Notes: generated from the letters alone by a model not told the origin. 64,000 nucleotides of DNA from Candidatus Binatia bacterium (GCA_963664395.2 OY761159.2:4751369-4815368); one strand, 5' to 3'. Counted from the first letter of the stretch, positions 48,628 to 58,996 are shown. Numbers and translations are program-made.

Positions 48628-49767
48628 TTATTCTTTGACACCAATCGCCTTGAGAAAGCGCTCCTGCACCACGCCACAGGTCATTGTGTAGAGCATATCC
48701 CTATCGGGTGTTTGGGCCAAAAAGCCGAGTGGAATTTGAAAGCCGCCCTTATCCTTGATGTTCCCACCCCCGTAGTACGACTTTTTGTCTTTATCCAAGC
48801 CAAAAAGCTTTTTCAAGAATGTATCCGGGTTCACGGTATCGCTCCGTGTTCGGAGCGAGCCATCAATAGCCTTGCTGTCCACAATGCCAAAAACAAGGAC
48901 TGTGTCTATCCCTTCTCGCTGGAGCAGGAATTCAGCCACCTGCGGGATACCATCGCGGTGTTCGCCCCGGACAAAGCCGACATCGGTAAACACAAACGAA
49001 TCAAACACCTGCTTCCGCTCCAGGGCCTTTTGAATCATATCCATAACAATGGGCGGTAACGATTTTTCCGAAATCGCCTTGAGGAGAGGCTGATCCACGC
49101 ACGGCCACAAATACGCCGCGGCCTCAAATTCCAATCGACTTGCCTCAACCAGCGCCATGGTATCAGAACGAATACCGTGCATGAGCGCGGTGGCCAGTCG
49201 AACTTGGTCACTCTCGCCAGGATTCAGGCCGTTGGGATATTGCGCCCGCAAATATTCGGTATAGATCGCACAAGTCGAGGCCGCGTCCTCCCGGATATCA
49301 ACAAATTCAGCAGGGGGGGTACCAAGACGACGGTGGTGATCAACAAAGGAGAGAAGGCTCTTGCCTTCAAGTCTATCCGAAATAGGCGTCTCTGAATTTT
49401 GGGTATCAACCAGCGCGTAGGCAGCGTAGGGCTCTACGTCGAATTCCTCGTCATAGAGTTGAAGGTCGATCTCAAGTCGCTTCACCAAAGCACGGTTCTC
49501 ATGATGGCTGACCTCATGAAAGCACAGCAAGGTGGCTTCGATGTCGAACTCTTTGGCCAAAAACTGATGCGCCAGACCGGAAGCGATATTATCAGGATCA
49601 GGGTAGCCTACCAGGATTAAGAGGATTTTTTCCCCATGGTGGCGGGCCAATATCTCACGAAATTTTTTCCACTGCTTTTTTGGTGATCCTTTTTCAGCGA
49701 CCGCCTCGGGTTCAACGGCCCGTAACGGCGGCTCTTCCACAGGGGATGCTCCAGCAGTGTTTGCCAT
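48628..49767 (-). CDS. DHH/DHHA1 phosphoesterase (NrnA-like)
   Basis: PDPDN, VDT, VDHH, GIRSDT, GSLR, GGG motifs. Confidence 0.85.
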   Translation of the reverse strand: MANTAGASPVEEPPLRAVEPEAVAEKGSPKKQWKKFREILARHHGEKILLILVGYPDPDNIASGLAHQFLAKEFDIEATLLCFHEVSHHENRALVKRLEIDLQLYDEEFDVEPYAAYALVDTQNSETPISDRLEGKSLLSFVDHHRRLGTPPAEFVDIREDAASTCAIYTEYLRAQYPNGLNPGESDQVRLATALMHGIRSDTMALVEASRLEFEAAAYLWPCVDQPLLKAISEKSLPPIVMDMIQKALERKQVFDSFVFTDVGFVRGEHRDGIPQVAEFLLQREGIDTVLVFGIVDSKAIDGSLRTRSDTVNPDTFLKKLFGLDKDKKSYYGGGNIKDKGGFQIPLGFLAQTPDRDMLYTMTCGVVQERFLKAIGVKE

Positions 49768-50019
49768 AATATTTCCTCCATACCGACAGTAGCGGGAACA
49801 TACCCCTCTTTCAATCAGTCTGACAAGAGCAGTCCGACAGGAGGCTCAGACGGTCTTCCCGCCTTCCCTGAGAGGCATACTCCCTTGAGTAAGCAGAGCG
49901 CCTATGGTAGGTGATTTGCCATCGTTAGAGAGAATTAATTCCCAGCGCAACCCCAGCAGACCCACACGCCGAACGCCACATGCCGTCAGTCTCCGGATCA
50001 TACTGAGAAAGGAAGAGTC

Positions 50020-50790
50020 GTGCTCCACTTTGTACGCTCGTGTGGGCGTCTGACCCTCCGCACACTGCGTGAAATGGGCCGCATGGGGATCTTTCTCGGG
50101 ACCACCCTGATCGACATCTTTCGCCCTCCCCTGCAAGGCCGTCAGCTTGTCCGCCGGATCTACTTTATCGGCAGCCGCTCTCTCTTGCTCATCGTCTTTA
50201 CTGGAGCTTTTACGGGCATGGTCGTTGCCCTACAAGGGTATATCGCCCTGCGGCGCTTTGGTGGCGAAGAGGCGCTCGGCCCGATGGTCGGACTGAGTCT
50301 GATTCGCGAGCTTGGCCCGGTACTGTCTGCGCTGATGATCACAGCCCGGGCGGGGTCGGCCCTCACCGCAGAACTCGGGATTATGCGGATTACCGAGCAA
50401 ATAGACGCGCTCGAAGTCATGGCCCTCAACCCGATCAAGTATTTAGTTGTCCCAATTTTTCTGGCGGCCGTCATTACCTTTCCCCTCTTGAACAGCGTTT
50501 TTGTTACTGTTGGAATCTATGGCGGCTATGTCGTCGGCGTTGAGTTGCTGGGCGGGAGCTCAGGTGCGTATTTCACTCAGATGAGCAGTGCGGCGGATTC
50601 AAACGATATTTGGATGGGCGTGTACAAATCGCTCTCATTTGGAGTAATTGTTGCGTGGGTCAGCTGTTTTAAGGGCTTCTACGCCGCGCATGGGGCCGAA
50701 GGAGTCAGTCAAGCGACAACGCAAGCCGTTGTCATGTGTGCCGTATTCATCTTGGTTTGGGATTATTTCCTTGGTTCTGTCCTCGTGTAG
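50020..50790 (+). CDS. mlaE: MlaE ABC permease
   Basis: RELGPVL, RAGSA, MRITEQIDALEVMA, GVSQATT. Confidence 0.93.
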   Translation: MLHFVRSCGRLTLRTLREMGRMGIFLGTTLIDIFRPPLQGRQLVRRIYFIGSRSLLLIVFTGAFTGMVVALQGYIALRRFGGEEALGPMVGLSLIRELGPVLSALMITARAGSALTAELGIMRITEQIDALEVMALNPIKYLVVPIFLAAVITFPLLNSVFVTVGIYGGYVVGVELLGGSSGAYFTQMSSAADSNDIWMGVYKSLSFGVIVAWVSCFKGFYAAHGAEGVSQATTQAVVMCAVFILVWDYFLGSVLV

Positions 50791-50820
50791 CCATATGAAA
50801 CCGGTATCGAGAATTGCCGC

Positions 50821-51567
50821 ATGATCCGCCTCGTCAATGTCCGTAAATCCTTTGGCAGCCAAACGGTCTTGTCCGGGCTAAATCTCGATATCCCGGATCG
50901 GGCTGTTTATGTTGTGGTCGGAGTCAGCGGAGCCGGGAAAAGCTGTTTGCTCAAGCATCTGATCGGCTTAATGCGCCCCGATTCCGGACAGGTGTGGATA
51001 GACGATATTGAGATTACCAGCTTGGGACGCCGCGCTCTCAATCGTGTTCGCAATCGATTTGGCATGCTCTTCCAGGGTGGAGCGCTGTTCGATTCCATGT
51101 CCGTGTATGACAACGTGGCCTTTCCCCTGCGGGAAAAGACCCGAAAAAGCGAGGCTGAAATCCGGGACAAAGTCCATGAACGCCTTTTCCAGGTCGGACT
51201 GGCCGGTGTGGATGCCAAGTTTCCCTCCGAGTTGTCAGGGGGTATGCGTAAACGTGCGGCGCTGGCTCGCTCGCTCGTCTCCGACCCTGAGATTCTCTTA
51301 TTTGATGAACCGACAACAGGCCTTGATCCGATCCGAGTCAATGCCATTCATAGACTTATTTTTGACCTCCATCAGCTTCTCGGCTTTACTGCTGTTATCG
51401 TCAGTCACGAAATTCCAGAGGTCTTTTCTCTCGCCACCCATATCGCTATGCTACATCAAGGGGTGATTGTTGAGTCTGGCTCGCCCAGCGCCCTACAGGA
51501 GTCGAACAATCCGGTAGTGCGGCAGTTTATGAGCGGCCAGCTCGAAGGTCCTATCGATGTGTACTAG
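50821..51567 (+). CDS. mlaF: MlaF ABC ATPase
   Basis: GVSGAGKS, FQGGALFDS, ELSGGMRKR, DEPTTGLDP. Confidence 0.93.
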   Translation: MIRLVNVRKSFGSQTVLSGLNLDIPDRAVYVVVGVSGAGKSCLLKHLIGLMRPDSGQVWIDDIEITSLGRRALNRVRNRFGMLFQGGALFDSMSVYDNVAFPLREKTRKSEAEIRDKVHERLFQVGLAGVDAKFPSELSGGMRKRAALARSLVSDPEILLFDEPTTGLDPIRVNAIHRLIFDLHQLLGFTAVIVSHEIPEVFSLATHIAMLHQGVIVESGSPSALQESNNPVVRQFMSGQLEGPIDVY

Positions 51568-51584
51568 AACCCGTGCTGGTGCCT

Positions 51585-52121
51585 ATGAAAGTTGACGCAG
51601 AACTGTTTTTTGGAACGCTTTTGCTTGGAGTATTCGGCTTTCTCGGATATCTCTCTCTTCATCTGGGCCAAGTTGAGCTGGGCTCCGATAGCTACGCTGT
51701 CTATGCGGATTTTATAACGGCCGGCGGCCTGCAAGACGGAGCGGTTATCGAGCTCGCAGGAGTGGAAATAGGCCGGGTCGAACGTATTCGCTTGGCTGAT
51801 TACAAGGCCCGCGTCACCTTAAAAATTCGGAACGATATTGCATTACACGAAGACACACAGGCGGCAATCAAGACCAAGGGCCTGATTGGCGAACGCTATG
51901 TCGTCATCACGCCGGGCTACTCCTCCGCCACCATTGCGCCCGGAGGGACTATTGACAAGACTGAAGAGCCGGTCGACATTCAACAGTTAATACCTGAATT
52001 CATTTTCGGAAATATAGAGGATAGTGGAGCTTCGGAGCAGACCACGGAGCATGGCCGGAAGGACCAGGACCGTCAGAATGACGAGGAGAGTTCGGAGCCG
52101 TGGTCACTCGGTCTTGATTAG
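51585..52121 (+). CDS. mlaD: MlaD (MCE domain) protein
   Basis: N-terminal TM, GGL..GA.I..AGVEIGRV, IKTKGLIGERYV.I.PG. Confidence 0.9.
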   Translation: MKVDAELFFGTLLLGVFGFLGYLSLHLGQVELGSDSYAVYADFITAGGLQDGAVIELAGVEIGRVERIRLADYKARVTLKIRNDIALHEDTQAAIKTKGLIGERYVVITPGYSSATIAPGGTIDKTEEPVDIQQLIPEFIFGNIEDSGASEQTTEHGRKDQDRQNDEESSEPWSLGLD

Positions 52122-52139
52122 GCATGAAGGGGACGGAGG

Positions 52140-52889
52140 ATGCTGAAAAAACTGGTGCTGGCAGTAAGCGTAGTGGGGATAGTCCACTGCGGATTCTCTC
52201 TCACCGAGACGCAGGCGCAGATGGGCAACGTGGAACAGGACGAGGTTGCTCCACGACCCCTTGCCGACCCATTTGAACCATTTAACCAGGCAATGTTCAG
52301 CTTTAACTTAAAGCTGGACGAGTACATCCTGCGTCCAGTTGCCCTGGGCTATGCGGCTGTTCTTCCGCTCGGCGCCCGTCAAGGCGTGGGACGCTTCTTT
52401 CACACCATCAATATTACCCCACGTCTTGGCAATAAGCTGCTACAGATGAAATTGGTCGGGGCCGGAAAAGAGCTCAGTCGCTTCTTAATCAATATAACCG
52501 TCGGCGGCCTTGGATTTTTTGACGTAGCGGACAACTGGTTCGGACTTGAAGCCAGCCATGCCGACTTTGGACAAACGCTGGCTCAGTACGGTATGTCTCC
52601 CGGCCCGTATCTCGTCTTACCCTTCTTTGGCCCCTCAACAGTCCGGGATGCAGTTGGGCTCGGCGTTGATGGCGCGATGCAACCCATGAGTTACCTCTTA
52701 CCCACCTACCCCGAGTTGATTGCAGCTCAAGGCGGCTGGGTGGCGGGGAGCACGCTGAACATCCGTTCGCTCAATCTTGAATTCTTTGAAAGTGTTGACC
52801 TGTTTTCTCTTGATTTATACGGCGCCGTTCAAGACGGCTACCTCCAACAACGCGAGCAGATTATTCAAGAAGCCATAGCGGAGAAATAG
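52140..52889 (+). CDS. mlaA: MlaA/VacJ family protein
   Basis: DPFEPFNQAMF, RFLIN.T.G..G.FDVA, DFGQTL, PYLVLPFFGPSTVRD. Confidence 0.92.
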   Translation: MLKKLVLAVSVVGIVHCGFSLTETQAQMGNVEQDEVAPRPLADPFEPFNQAMFSFNLKLDEYILRPVALGYAAVLPLGARQGVGRFFHTINITPRLGNKLLQMKLVGAGKELSRFLINITVGGLGFFDVADNWFGLEASHADFGQTLAQYGMSPGPYLVLPFFGPSTVRDAVGLGVDGAMQPMSYLLPTYPELIAAQGGWVAGSTLNIRSLNLEFFESVDLFSLDLYGAVQDGYLQQREQIIQEAIAEK

Positions 52890-52900
52890 GAAGCCGGGCC

Positions 52901-53548
52901 ATGAAACTGCCACGACTGCCCTTACTGCCGACGCTTGGCGGCCTCATGCTCTTGTTCCTTGCAACACGAGGGCTGGCCACAGATTCGCCTCTGGAAGCTG
53001 TTCGTTCAACCACCGACCGAGTCGTCCTGGTCCTCAGGGCTCCAGAGAATCAGGGGCCTCACCTGCGCGCGCAGCGCCTGGAGCAAGTCAGCGAAATCGT
53101 TCGACCGTTGTTTGACAGACGAGAGGTCGCCCGCCGCACCCTGGGCGTATACTGGCGTGACCGGACAGAAGAACAGCGCGAAGAATTTATCGAAATCTTC
53201 ACCGCGCTGATCGAAAAGGCGTATGGAGAAACCTTTGACAAGCAGGCTCAAAAGTATTTGGACCAGGTTGAGTTTTTATACGATCACGAGACGATTGACG
53301 GCAATTTTGCCGAGGTCAACACCCGCATTTTCATCCCTTCTCAGAATAAATATTTTTCGATCAATTACCGTTTTCATCACGTCGGCGAGCAATGGCTCAT
53401 CTATGACGTTGTCGTAGAGAATGTCAGCATGATCCGTAATTTCCGCACCCAATTCTATCGCATTATCGGGAAAGGCTCATATGAGGAATTGGTGCAGAAG
53501 CTCCAGGCGAAACTCAGACAACTTTCGGCCGTCCCCTCGGCTTCCTAG
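52901..53548 (+). CDS. mlaC: MlaC periplasmic phospholipid shuttle
   Basis: FD...AR..LG.YW, W.IYDV.VENVSM..NFR.QF. Confidence 0.9.
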   Translation: MKLPRLPLLPTLGGLMLLFLATRGLATDSPLEAVRSTTDRVVLVLRAPENQGPHLRAQRLEQVSEIVRPLFDRREVARRTLGVYWRDRTEEQREEFIEIFTALIEKAYGETFDKQAQKYLDQVEFLYDHETIDGNFAEVNTRIFIPSQNKYFSINYRFHHVGEQWLIYDVVVENVSMIRNFRTQFYRIIGKGSYEELVQKLQAKLRQLSAVPSAS

Positions 53549-53584
53549 GCGTGCAACGTATCCGGTGCGCCACACAGAGCGTGT

Positions 53585-55171
53585 ATGTCAGCCATGCCCG
53601 TTACGATTTCAACGACAGACTTTGACGCCGTCCTGTTCGACCTTGACGGGGTTGTGACGCAAACAGAAAAATTGCACACGATTGCCTGGAAAGCGCTCTT
53701 TGATGAGTTCCTCGGCCGTTTGGCCCAAAAGAACGGAACGCCTTTTGTACCGTTTGATGCCGAGACAGACTACTTGCAGTACGTGGACGGCAAACAACGC
53801 TCTGACGGAATCGTAAGCTTTCTTGCTGCGCGGGACATTACGCTCCCGTATGGTGCTCCGGAAGACGACATTGAGCGAGAAACGGTCTGTGGCTTGGGAA
53901 ATAAAAAAAATGTCGCGTTTCTTGCCTGTCTGGCACAAAAAGGAATCGAAGTCTTTGATTCGACCATCGTCCTCATCAAAGCGCTTCGACAAAAAGGGCT
54001 CAAAATAGCGATCGTTTCGTCGAGTAAGAATTGCAAAATTGTGCTGGAGCAAGCCGGGCTGACCCACCTGTTTGATACGCGTGTTGATGGGGTTGAGAGT
54101 GCGACATATCAGCTACCGGGCAAACCGGCTCCGGATACCTATCTGGAGGCAGCCCGCCGTCTGGAAGTCAGGCCGGAACGCGCGGCCATTGTCGAAGATG
54201 CCAATTCAGGCGTTGCGGCTGGGCATAGAGGCGGATTCGGTCTCGTGCTGGGCGTTGCCAGACAGGACAACCAGGCCGCTCTGGAACAGCACGGCGCAGA
54301 TGCTGTTGTCACAGACCTTGCGGACGTGAGCGTCAACGACACTCCAGAGAAACCACGTATCCGGAATGTACTGAACCTCCCGTCCGCCCTCAGCCATCTC
54401 CCCTCCTTCACCAAAAGCGTACAAGAGAAACGGCCGGTTATATTTCTCGATTACGATGGCACGCTGACTCCTATCGTCAGCCGTCCCGAGCTGGCCACAT
54501 TATCGACGGACATGCGGCAAACGGTTGCCTCTCTCGCCGAACATTGTCCTGTCGCTGTGGTGAGTGGTCGGGACCGAGCCGACATTCAAACCCTCATGCA
54601 GCTCGACTCCGTCTACTATGCCGGTAGTCATGGCTTTGACATTGCCGGTCCTCATCACGTGCGCATGCAGCATACGGAAGGACTCGCATTTCTCCCGATT
54701 CTTGATGAAGTCGAAGCCCACCTGCAACAACAGCTCAGCACCATCCCAGGAGCGCTTGTAGAGCGGAAGAAGTTCTCGGTCGCCGTCCATTTTCGGAATG
54801 TTGCGCCTGAACAGGTGGCGCACATTGAGCCGCTTGTCGACGCGGTTCTTGAGCATCATCCGCAACTCCGCAAGGGCCTGGGAAAGAAAGTCTTTGAACT
54901 CCAACCACAGCTCAATTGGCATAAAGGGAAGGCGGTCCTGTGGCTGCTTGACGCGCTCGCACTCAATACCCCGGATATCCGGCAAGATATATTGCCAATC
55001 TATATTGGGGATGACGTCACTGATGAAGATGCGTTCCAAACCTTGGCCGGACGCGGTCTCAGCATAGTCGTTGCCGATACTCCGCACCGGACGGCGGCGA
55101 GCTATGTTGTTCAAAATCCCAGCCAAGTACAGACCGTGCTCAACGGACTCGCAGCGTCTCTGTCCACGTAA
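53585..55171 (+). CDS. otsB: Beta-phosphoglucomutase-like HAD fused to trehalose-6-phosphate phosphatase
   Basis: FDLDGV/GKPAPD/ED in the N-terminal HAD; LDYDGTL, SGR, YAGSHG, HFR, KG.A, GDDVTDEDAF in the TPP domain. Confidence 0.88.
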   Translation: MSAMPVTISTTDFDAVLFDLDGVVTQTEKLHTIAWKALFDEFLGRLAQKNGTPFVPFDAETDYLQYVDGKQRSDGIVSFLAARDITLPYGAPEDDIERETVCGLGNKKNVAFLACLAQKGIEVFDSTIVLIKALRQKGLKIAIVSSSKNCKIVLEQAGLTHLFDTRVDGVESATYQLPGKPAPDTYLEAARRLEVRPERAAIVEDANSGVAAGHRGGFGLVLGVARQDNQAALEQHGADAVVTDLADVSVNDTPEKPRIRNVLNLPSALSHLPSFTKSVQEKRPVIFLDYDGTLTPIVSRPELATLSTDMRQTVASLAEHCPVAVVSGRDRADIQTLMQLDSVYYAGSHGFDIAGPHHVRMQHTEGLAFLPILDEVEAHLQQQLSTIPGALVERKKFSVAVHFRNVAPEQVAHIEPLVDAVLEHHPQLRKGLGKKVFELQPQLNWHKGKAVLWLLDALALNTPDIRQDILPIYIGDDVTDEDAFQTLAGRGLSIVVADTPHRTAASYVVQNPSQVQTVLNGLAASLST

Positions 55172-55177
55172 CCACTC

Positions 55178-57601
55178 ATGACCAACCAGACTGACTGGAC
55201 CGCCCAGACTGAATGGATAGTCCGATTCGATGGGTTCGACCCGGAACAGGAACGGTTGCAGGAGACATTATGCACGCTGGGCAATGGCTATTTCGCCACC
55301 CGGGGGGCGGCAGAAGAGACCCCGGCTGATGCCATTCACTATCCGGGGACCTATCTCGCCGGCGGCTATAATCGCCTGAAAACAGAACTGGCCGGACGGA
55401 TTATTGAAAATGAAGACTTCGTGAACCTGCCGAACTGGCTCAGTCTGACCTTCCGGCCGGAAGAGGGAGAATGGTTTCATCCGAACTCATACGAAATTCT
55501 GACCTGGGCGCGGGAGCTTGATCTCAAGCAGGGCATCCTCACCCGGACACTACGCGTTCGTGACCCCCAGGGCCGACAGACCCACCTGCGCTGTCGTCGC
55601 TTTGTCAGTCTGGCAGACCCGCATCTTGCAGGCATCAACATAACGCTGACACCCGAGAACTGGGCGGGTACGCTGCAGATTCGCTCTGCACTGGATGGAC
55701 GGGTACGCAATACCGGTGTGAAGCGCTACCAACAGTTAAGGGGCGACCATCTGGAAGCGCTCCTCAGTCAGCCGCTCGGTGAAGATGAGCTATCCCTTCT
55801 TGTCCAAACAAATCAGTCCCATCTCGTCATCGCTCAGGCCGCTCGCACCCAGGTCTTCCGGCAGTCGGCCCGCCTCACGCCTGATCGAAAGACGCATGCA
55901 GAGTCTGGGTATGTCGCGCAGGACGTAGCGTTGACTGTCACCGCAGGAGAAGCCGTCACTGTTGAAAAAATCGTTGCCCTCTTTACCTCACGTGACCGGG
56001 CGATTGCCGAGTGCCGCTTGGCAGCAGAACAAGCGGTCAGTCACGCGGAGCGGTTTACCAGCCTTGTAGAGCAGCATGCTCAGGCGTGGCAACACGCCTG
56101 GGAGCTGTGCGACATTGTCGTACAGGAGCAGTCACGGGTACAGCTCTTATTACGCCTGCACGCCTTCCATCTCCTCCAAACCGTGTCGGCTCATACCCTC
56201 GACCTCGATGCAGGCATCCCGGCTCGCGGCCTCCACGGTGAAGCCTATCGTGGTCATATTTTTTGGGATGAGCTGTTCGTCTTCCCTTTCTTCACCTTCC
56301 GCCTGCCCGAGCTGACTCGCGCCCTGTTACTCTATCGCTATCGCCGTCTTCCCCAAGCGCGTGTGGCCGCTCGGCAGGCTGGTTATCAAGGGGCCATGTA
56401 TCCCTGGCAGAGCAGCAGTGATGGGCGTGAAGAAAGCCAAGTCCTCCACCTCAACCCAAGTTCAGGACGGTGGATTCCGGACCATAGCGCGCTGCAACGA
56501 CACGTGAACATCGCTATTGCCTACAATGTCTGGCAGTACTACCAGTCGACTCTTGATACTGAATTTTTATCTTCCTATGGCGCAGAGATGGTATTGGACA
56601 TTGCCCGTTTTTGGGCCAGCGCCACCGTGTATAATCCGGAGCTCGAACGCTATGAAATCCGCGGTGTGATGGGACCGGACGAATACCACGAAGGCTATCC
56701 TGGCTCCGAGACACCCGGTCTGAACAATAACGCCTACACTAACGTCATGGTGGTTTGGACGCTCCAGCGTGCCCTCGATATCCTCGCCCTCCTGCCGACA
56801 GAGAAAAAGAAGGCCCTCCAATCAAAACTGGAGATTAGTCAGAACGCGCTTGCGCGTTGGACAGACATCACCAGAAAGATGCGGGTGGTCTTCCACGGCG
56901 ACGGTATGCTGAGTCAGTTTGAGGGTTTTGAAACTTTGCAGGAGTTTGACTGGGACGGCTATCGGAAGAAATACGGTGACATTCATCGGCTCGACCGCCT
57001 CCTTGAGGCGGAGAACGATAGCGCCGACCGCTATCAGGTCACAAAGCAGGCCGACGCCTTAATGCTGTTTTATCTGCTCCCCGTGGATGAAGTGCGTCGC
57101 CTCTTCCAGCAGCTCGGCTATCGCATGGATGGTGACGCAGTCCGGAAAAACATCGACTACTATTTTCAGCGGACCTCGCATGGCTCAACCTTGAGCCGAG
57201 TCGTCCATGCCTGGGTTTTGGCCCGGATCGACCCCCAGCGCTCGTGGCAGCTTTTTCTTGAGGCACTGGAAAGTGACATCAACGATATTCAGGGCGGCAC
57301 GACGGCCGAAGGAATACACACCGGTGTGATGGCCGGCACGATCGATCTGGTCCAGCGCTGTTATATGGGTATGGAAACACGGGACGATACAGTCTGGTTT
57401 CGGCCCTGTCTGCCCGAAGCATTGTCCTCCGGTCTCGCCTTTCGCTTTCAATACCGCGGCAATTGGTTCTCCGTCAGAGCGACGCAACACACCTTGCACG
57501 TGACATTTGACTCCGGTTGGCATCCTCCCGCGCGTATTGGCATCGCCGGACAGGTCTCCGAACTCAGACCGGGAGAAACCCGGGCGTTTGCCCTGGAGTA
57601 G
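55178..57601 (+). CDS. Glycoside hydrolase family 65 (trehalose/maltose phosphorylase family)
   Basis: LGNGYFATRG, ARGLHGEAYRGHIFWDE, YPWQS, GPDEYH, KQAD, HGSTLS. Confidence 0.92.
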   Translation: MTNQTDWTAQTEWIVRFDGFDPEQERLQETLCTLGNGYFATRGAAEETPADAIHYPGTYLAGGYNRLKTELAGRIIENEDFVNLPNWLSLTFRPEEGEWFHPNSYEILTWARELDLKQGILTRTLRVRDPQGRQTHLRCRRFVSLADPHLAGINITLTPENWAGTLQIRSALDGRVRNTGVKRYQQLRGDHLEALLSQPLGEDELSLLVQTNQSHLVIAQAARTQVFRQSARLTPDRKTHAESGYVAQDVALTVTAGEAVTVEKIVALFTSRDRAIAECRLAAEQAVSHAERFTSLVEQHAQAWQHAWELCDIVVQEQSRVQLLLRLHAFHLLQTVSAHTLDLDAGIPARGLHGEAYRGHIFWDELFVFPFFTFRLPELTRALLLYRYRRLPQARVAARQAGYQGAMYPWQSSSDGREESQVLHLNPSSGRWIPDHSALQRHVNIAIAYNVWQYYQSTLDTEFLSSYGAEMVLDIARFWASATVYNPELERYEIRGVMGPDEYHEGYPGSETPGLNNNAYTNVMVVWTLQRALDILALLPTEKKKALQSKLEISQNALARWTDITRKMRVVFHGDGMLSQFEGFETLQEFDWDGYRKKYGDIHRLDRLLEAENDSADRYQVTKQADALMLFYLLPVDEVRRLFQQLGYRMDGDAVRKNIDYYFQRTSHGSTLSRVVHAWVLARIDPQRSWQLFLEALESDINDIQGGTTAEGIHTGVMAGTIDLVQRCYMGMETRDDTVWFRPCLPEALSSGLAFRFQYRGNWFSVRATQHTLHVTFDSGWHPPARIGIAGQVSELRPGETRAFALE

Positions 57602-57694
57602 ACTCCTCCCGCCCGTCCCTGCTGTTCAACACCGCTTGTCTATCAACCGCACAAAGCGGTATGGACTGAAGAACAGCCCGTTCGTGTAGCGCCC

Positions 57695-58996
57695 ATGACC
57701 ACCCCCACTGACAGCACGTTTCGCCTCGTTGCAGACCCCAGCCTGGCCTGGACTGCGCCCACCTTGCCGCTTGGGTCTGCCTTTTTCGAGAATCGGATTA
57801 TTTTTGGCGATAATTTGCCCGTGCTGAAGGCATTGTCGAAAGAGTATGCCAACAGCATCCAGTGTATTTACCTCGACCCACCCTACAATACCGGCAATGC
57901 GATTCCGCTCTACCCGGATGGCAGCGACCATCACCAATGGCTTGAGGCGCTCAAACCCCGTCTCGAACTCCTATGGACCTTGCTGCGCGAGGGCGGCTTT
58001 CTCGCCATCCAGATTGATGACAATGAATTTGCCCGCCTCTATCTCCTACTGGCCGACATGCTGGGCGAGCAGAACCTGAAGACGATTTGTGTCAAAATGG
58101 CCGAGCCAACCGGCTTCAAGATGGTCCACGTCATTACGCAGGGCAATCTGCCCCGGCTCAAGGAGTACATCATCCTGGTCGGCAGGTCGGGCATTCGCAA
58201 CCTGCATCCCGAACGCATCGCCAAAGCCAGTTGGGACCCGGAGTATCGCTGGGTCGTCGGTCAGACTTCCCGGCAGGCCATCCGCCGGCTCAAAGCGATT
58301 CTGGCCAACCCGGACCGGACCGCAGACGATATGCAGCAGGCCGATACGATCTGTCGGCCCTTCTCCCTGGAACCTGTGACCATCGTCTGCCAGCGCGACG
58401 GCCGGCCACATCCGACGCCGGAATGGCTGGCCGAGAACGCTTGGCGTATTGTCCGCACTTGCTCGACCAGTGCCACCGCAAAACAGCGTGCGGACCAGAA
58501 ACGGGCGACCCTCCCCCCACACACCGGGGCGTTCGGTGTTGAAACCGTCCAACGCCGGCTCTATATCGTCACGGCCCACTACAATATGCACAGCGCCCAG
58601 CCACGCATGCGATTATTATTTGCCGACGATTATCTGACCCTTCATCCGGGCGACTTTTGGGCCGATATCAAAACCACCAGCCTGGGGGAGGAAGGGGGAG
58701 TCAGCTTCATCAAGGGGAAGAAACCGGAAGCGCTGCTCAAGCGGATTATCGGCATGACCACCCGGCCCGGCGACTGGGTCCTGGATGCCTACGCCGGGTC
58801 CGGTACCACCGGCGCGGTGGCTCACAAAATGGGCCGCCAGTGGCTCCTGATTGAGAACGGCCCCCAGTGCAATACGCACATCCTGCCCCGCCTCCGGGCC
58901 GTTATCGAGGGAACGGATCAGACCGGCGTCAGCAAGCGCCTGCGCTGGAGAGGCGGCGGCGGCTTTCGGTATTTTCGGTTGAGCCCGCTCTCATAG
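57695..58996 (+). CDS. Beta-class N6-adenine DNA methyltransferase (type III Mod-like), no Res gene adjacent
   Basis: GDNL..LKAL, IYLDPPYNTG, QIDDNE, KKPEALLKRII, VLDAYAGSGTTGAVAHKMGR, GGGGFRYF. Confidence 0.9.
   Translation: MTTPTDSTFRLVADPSLAWTAPTLPLGSAFFENRIIFGDNLPVLKALSKEYANSIQCIYLDPPYNTGNAIPLYPDGSDHHQWLEALKPRLELLWTLLREGGFLAIQIDDNEFARLYLLLADMLGEQNLKTICVKMAEPTGFKMVHVITQGNLPRLKEYIILVGRSGIRNLHPERIAKASWDPEYRWVVGQTSRQAIRRLKAILANPDRTADDMQQADTICRPFSLEPVTIVCQRDGRPHPTPEWLAENAWRIVRTCSTSATAKQRADQKRATLPPHTGAFGVETVQRRLYIVTAHYNMHSAQPRMRLLFADDYLTLHPGDFWADIKTTSLGEEGGVSFIKGKKPEALLKRIIGMTTRPGDWVLDAYAGSGTTGAVAHKMGRQWLLIENGPQCNTHILPRLRAVIEGTDQTGVSKRLRWRGGGGFRYFRLSPLS

Noticed and set aside
57631-57660. Inverted repeat ACCGCTT...AAGCGGT upstream of the orphan methyltransferase
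   Set aside because: Short stem, long loop, no U-tract and no controller gene nearby; cannot be supported as a regulatory site.
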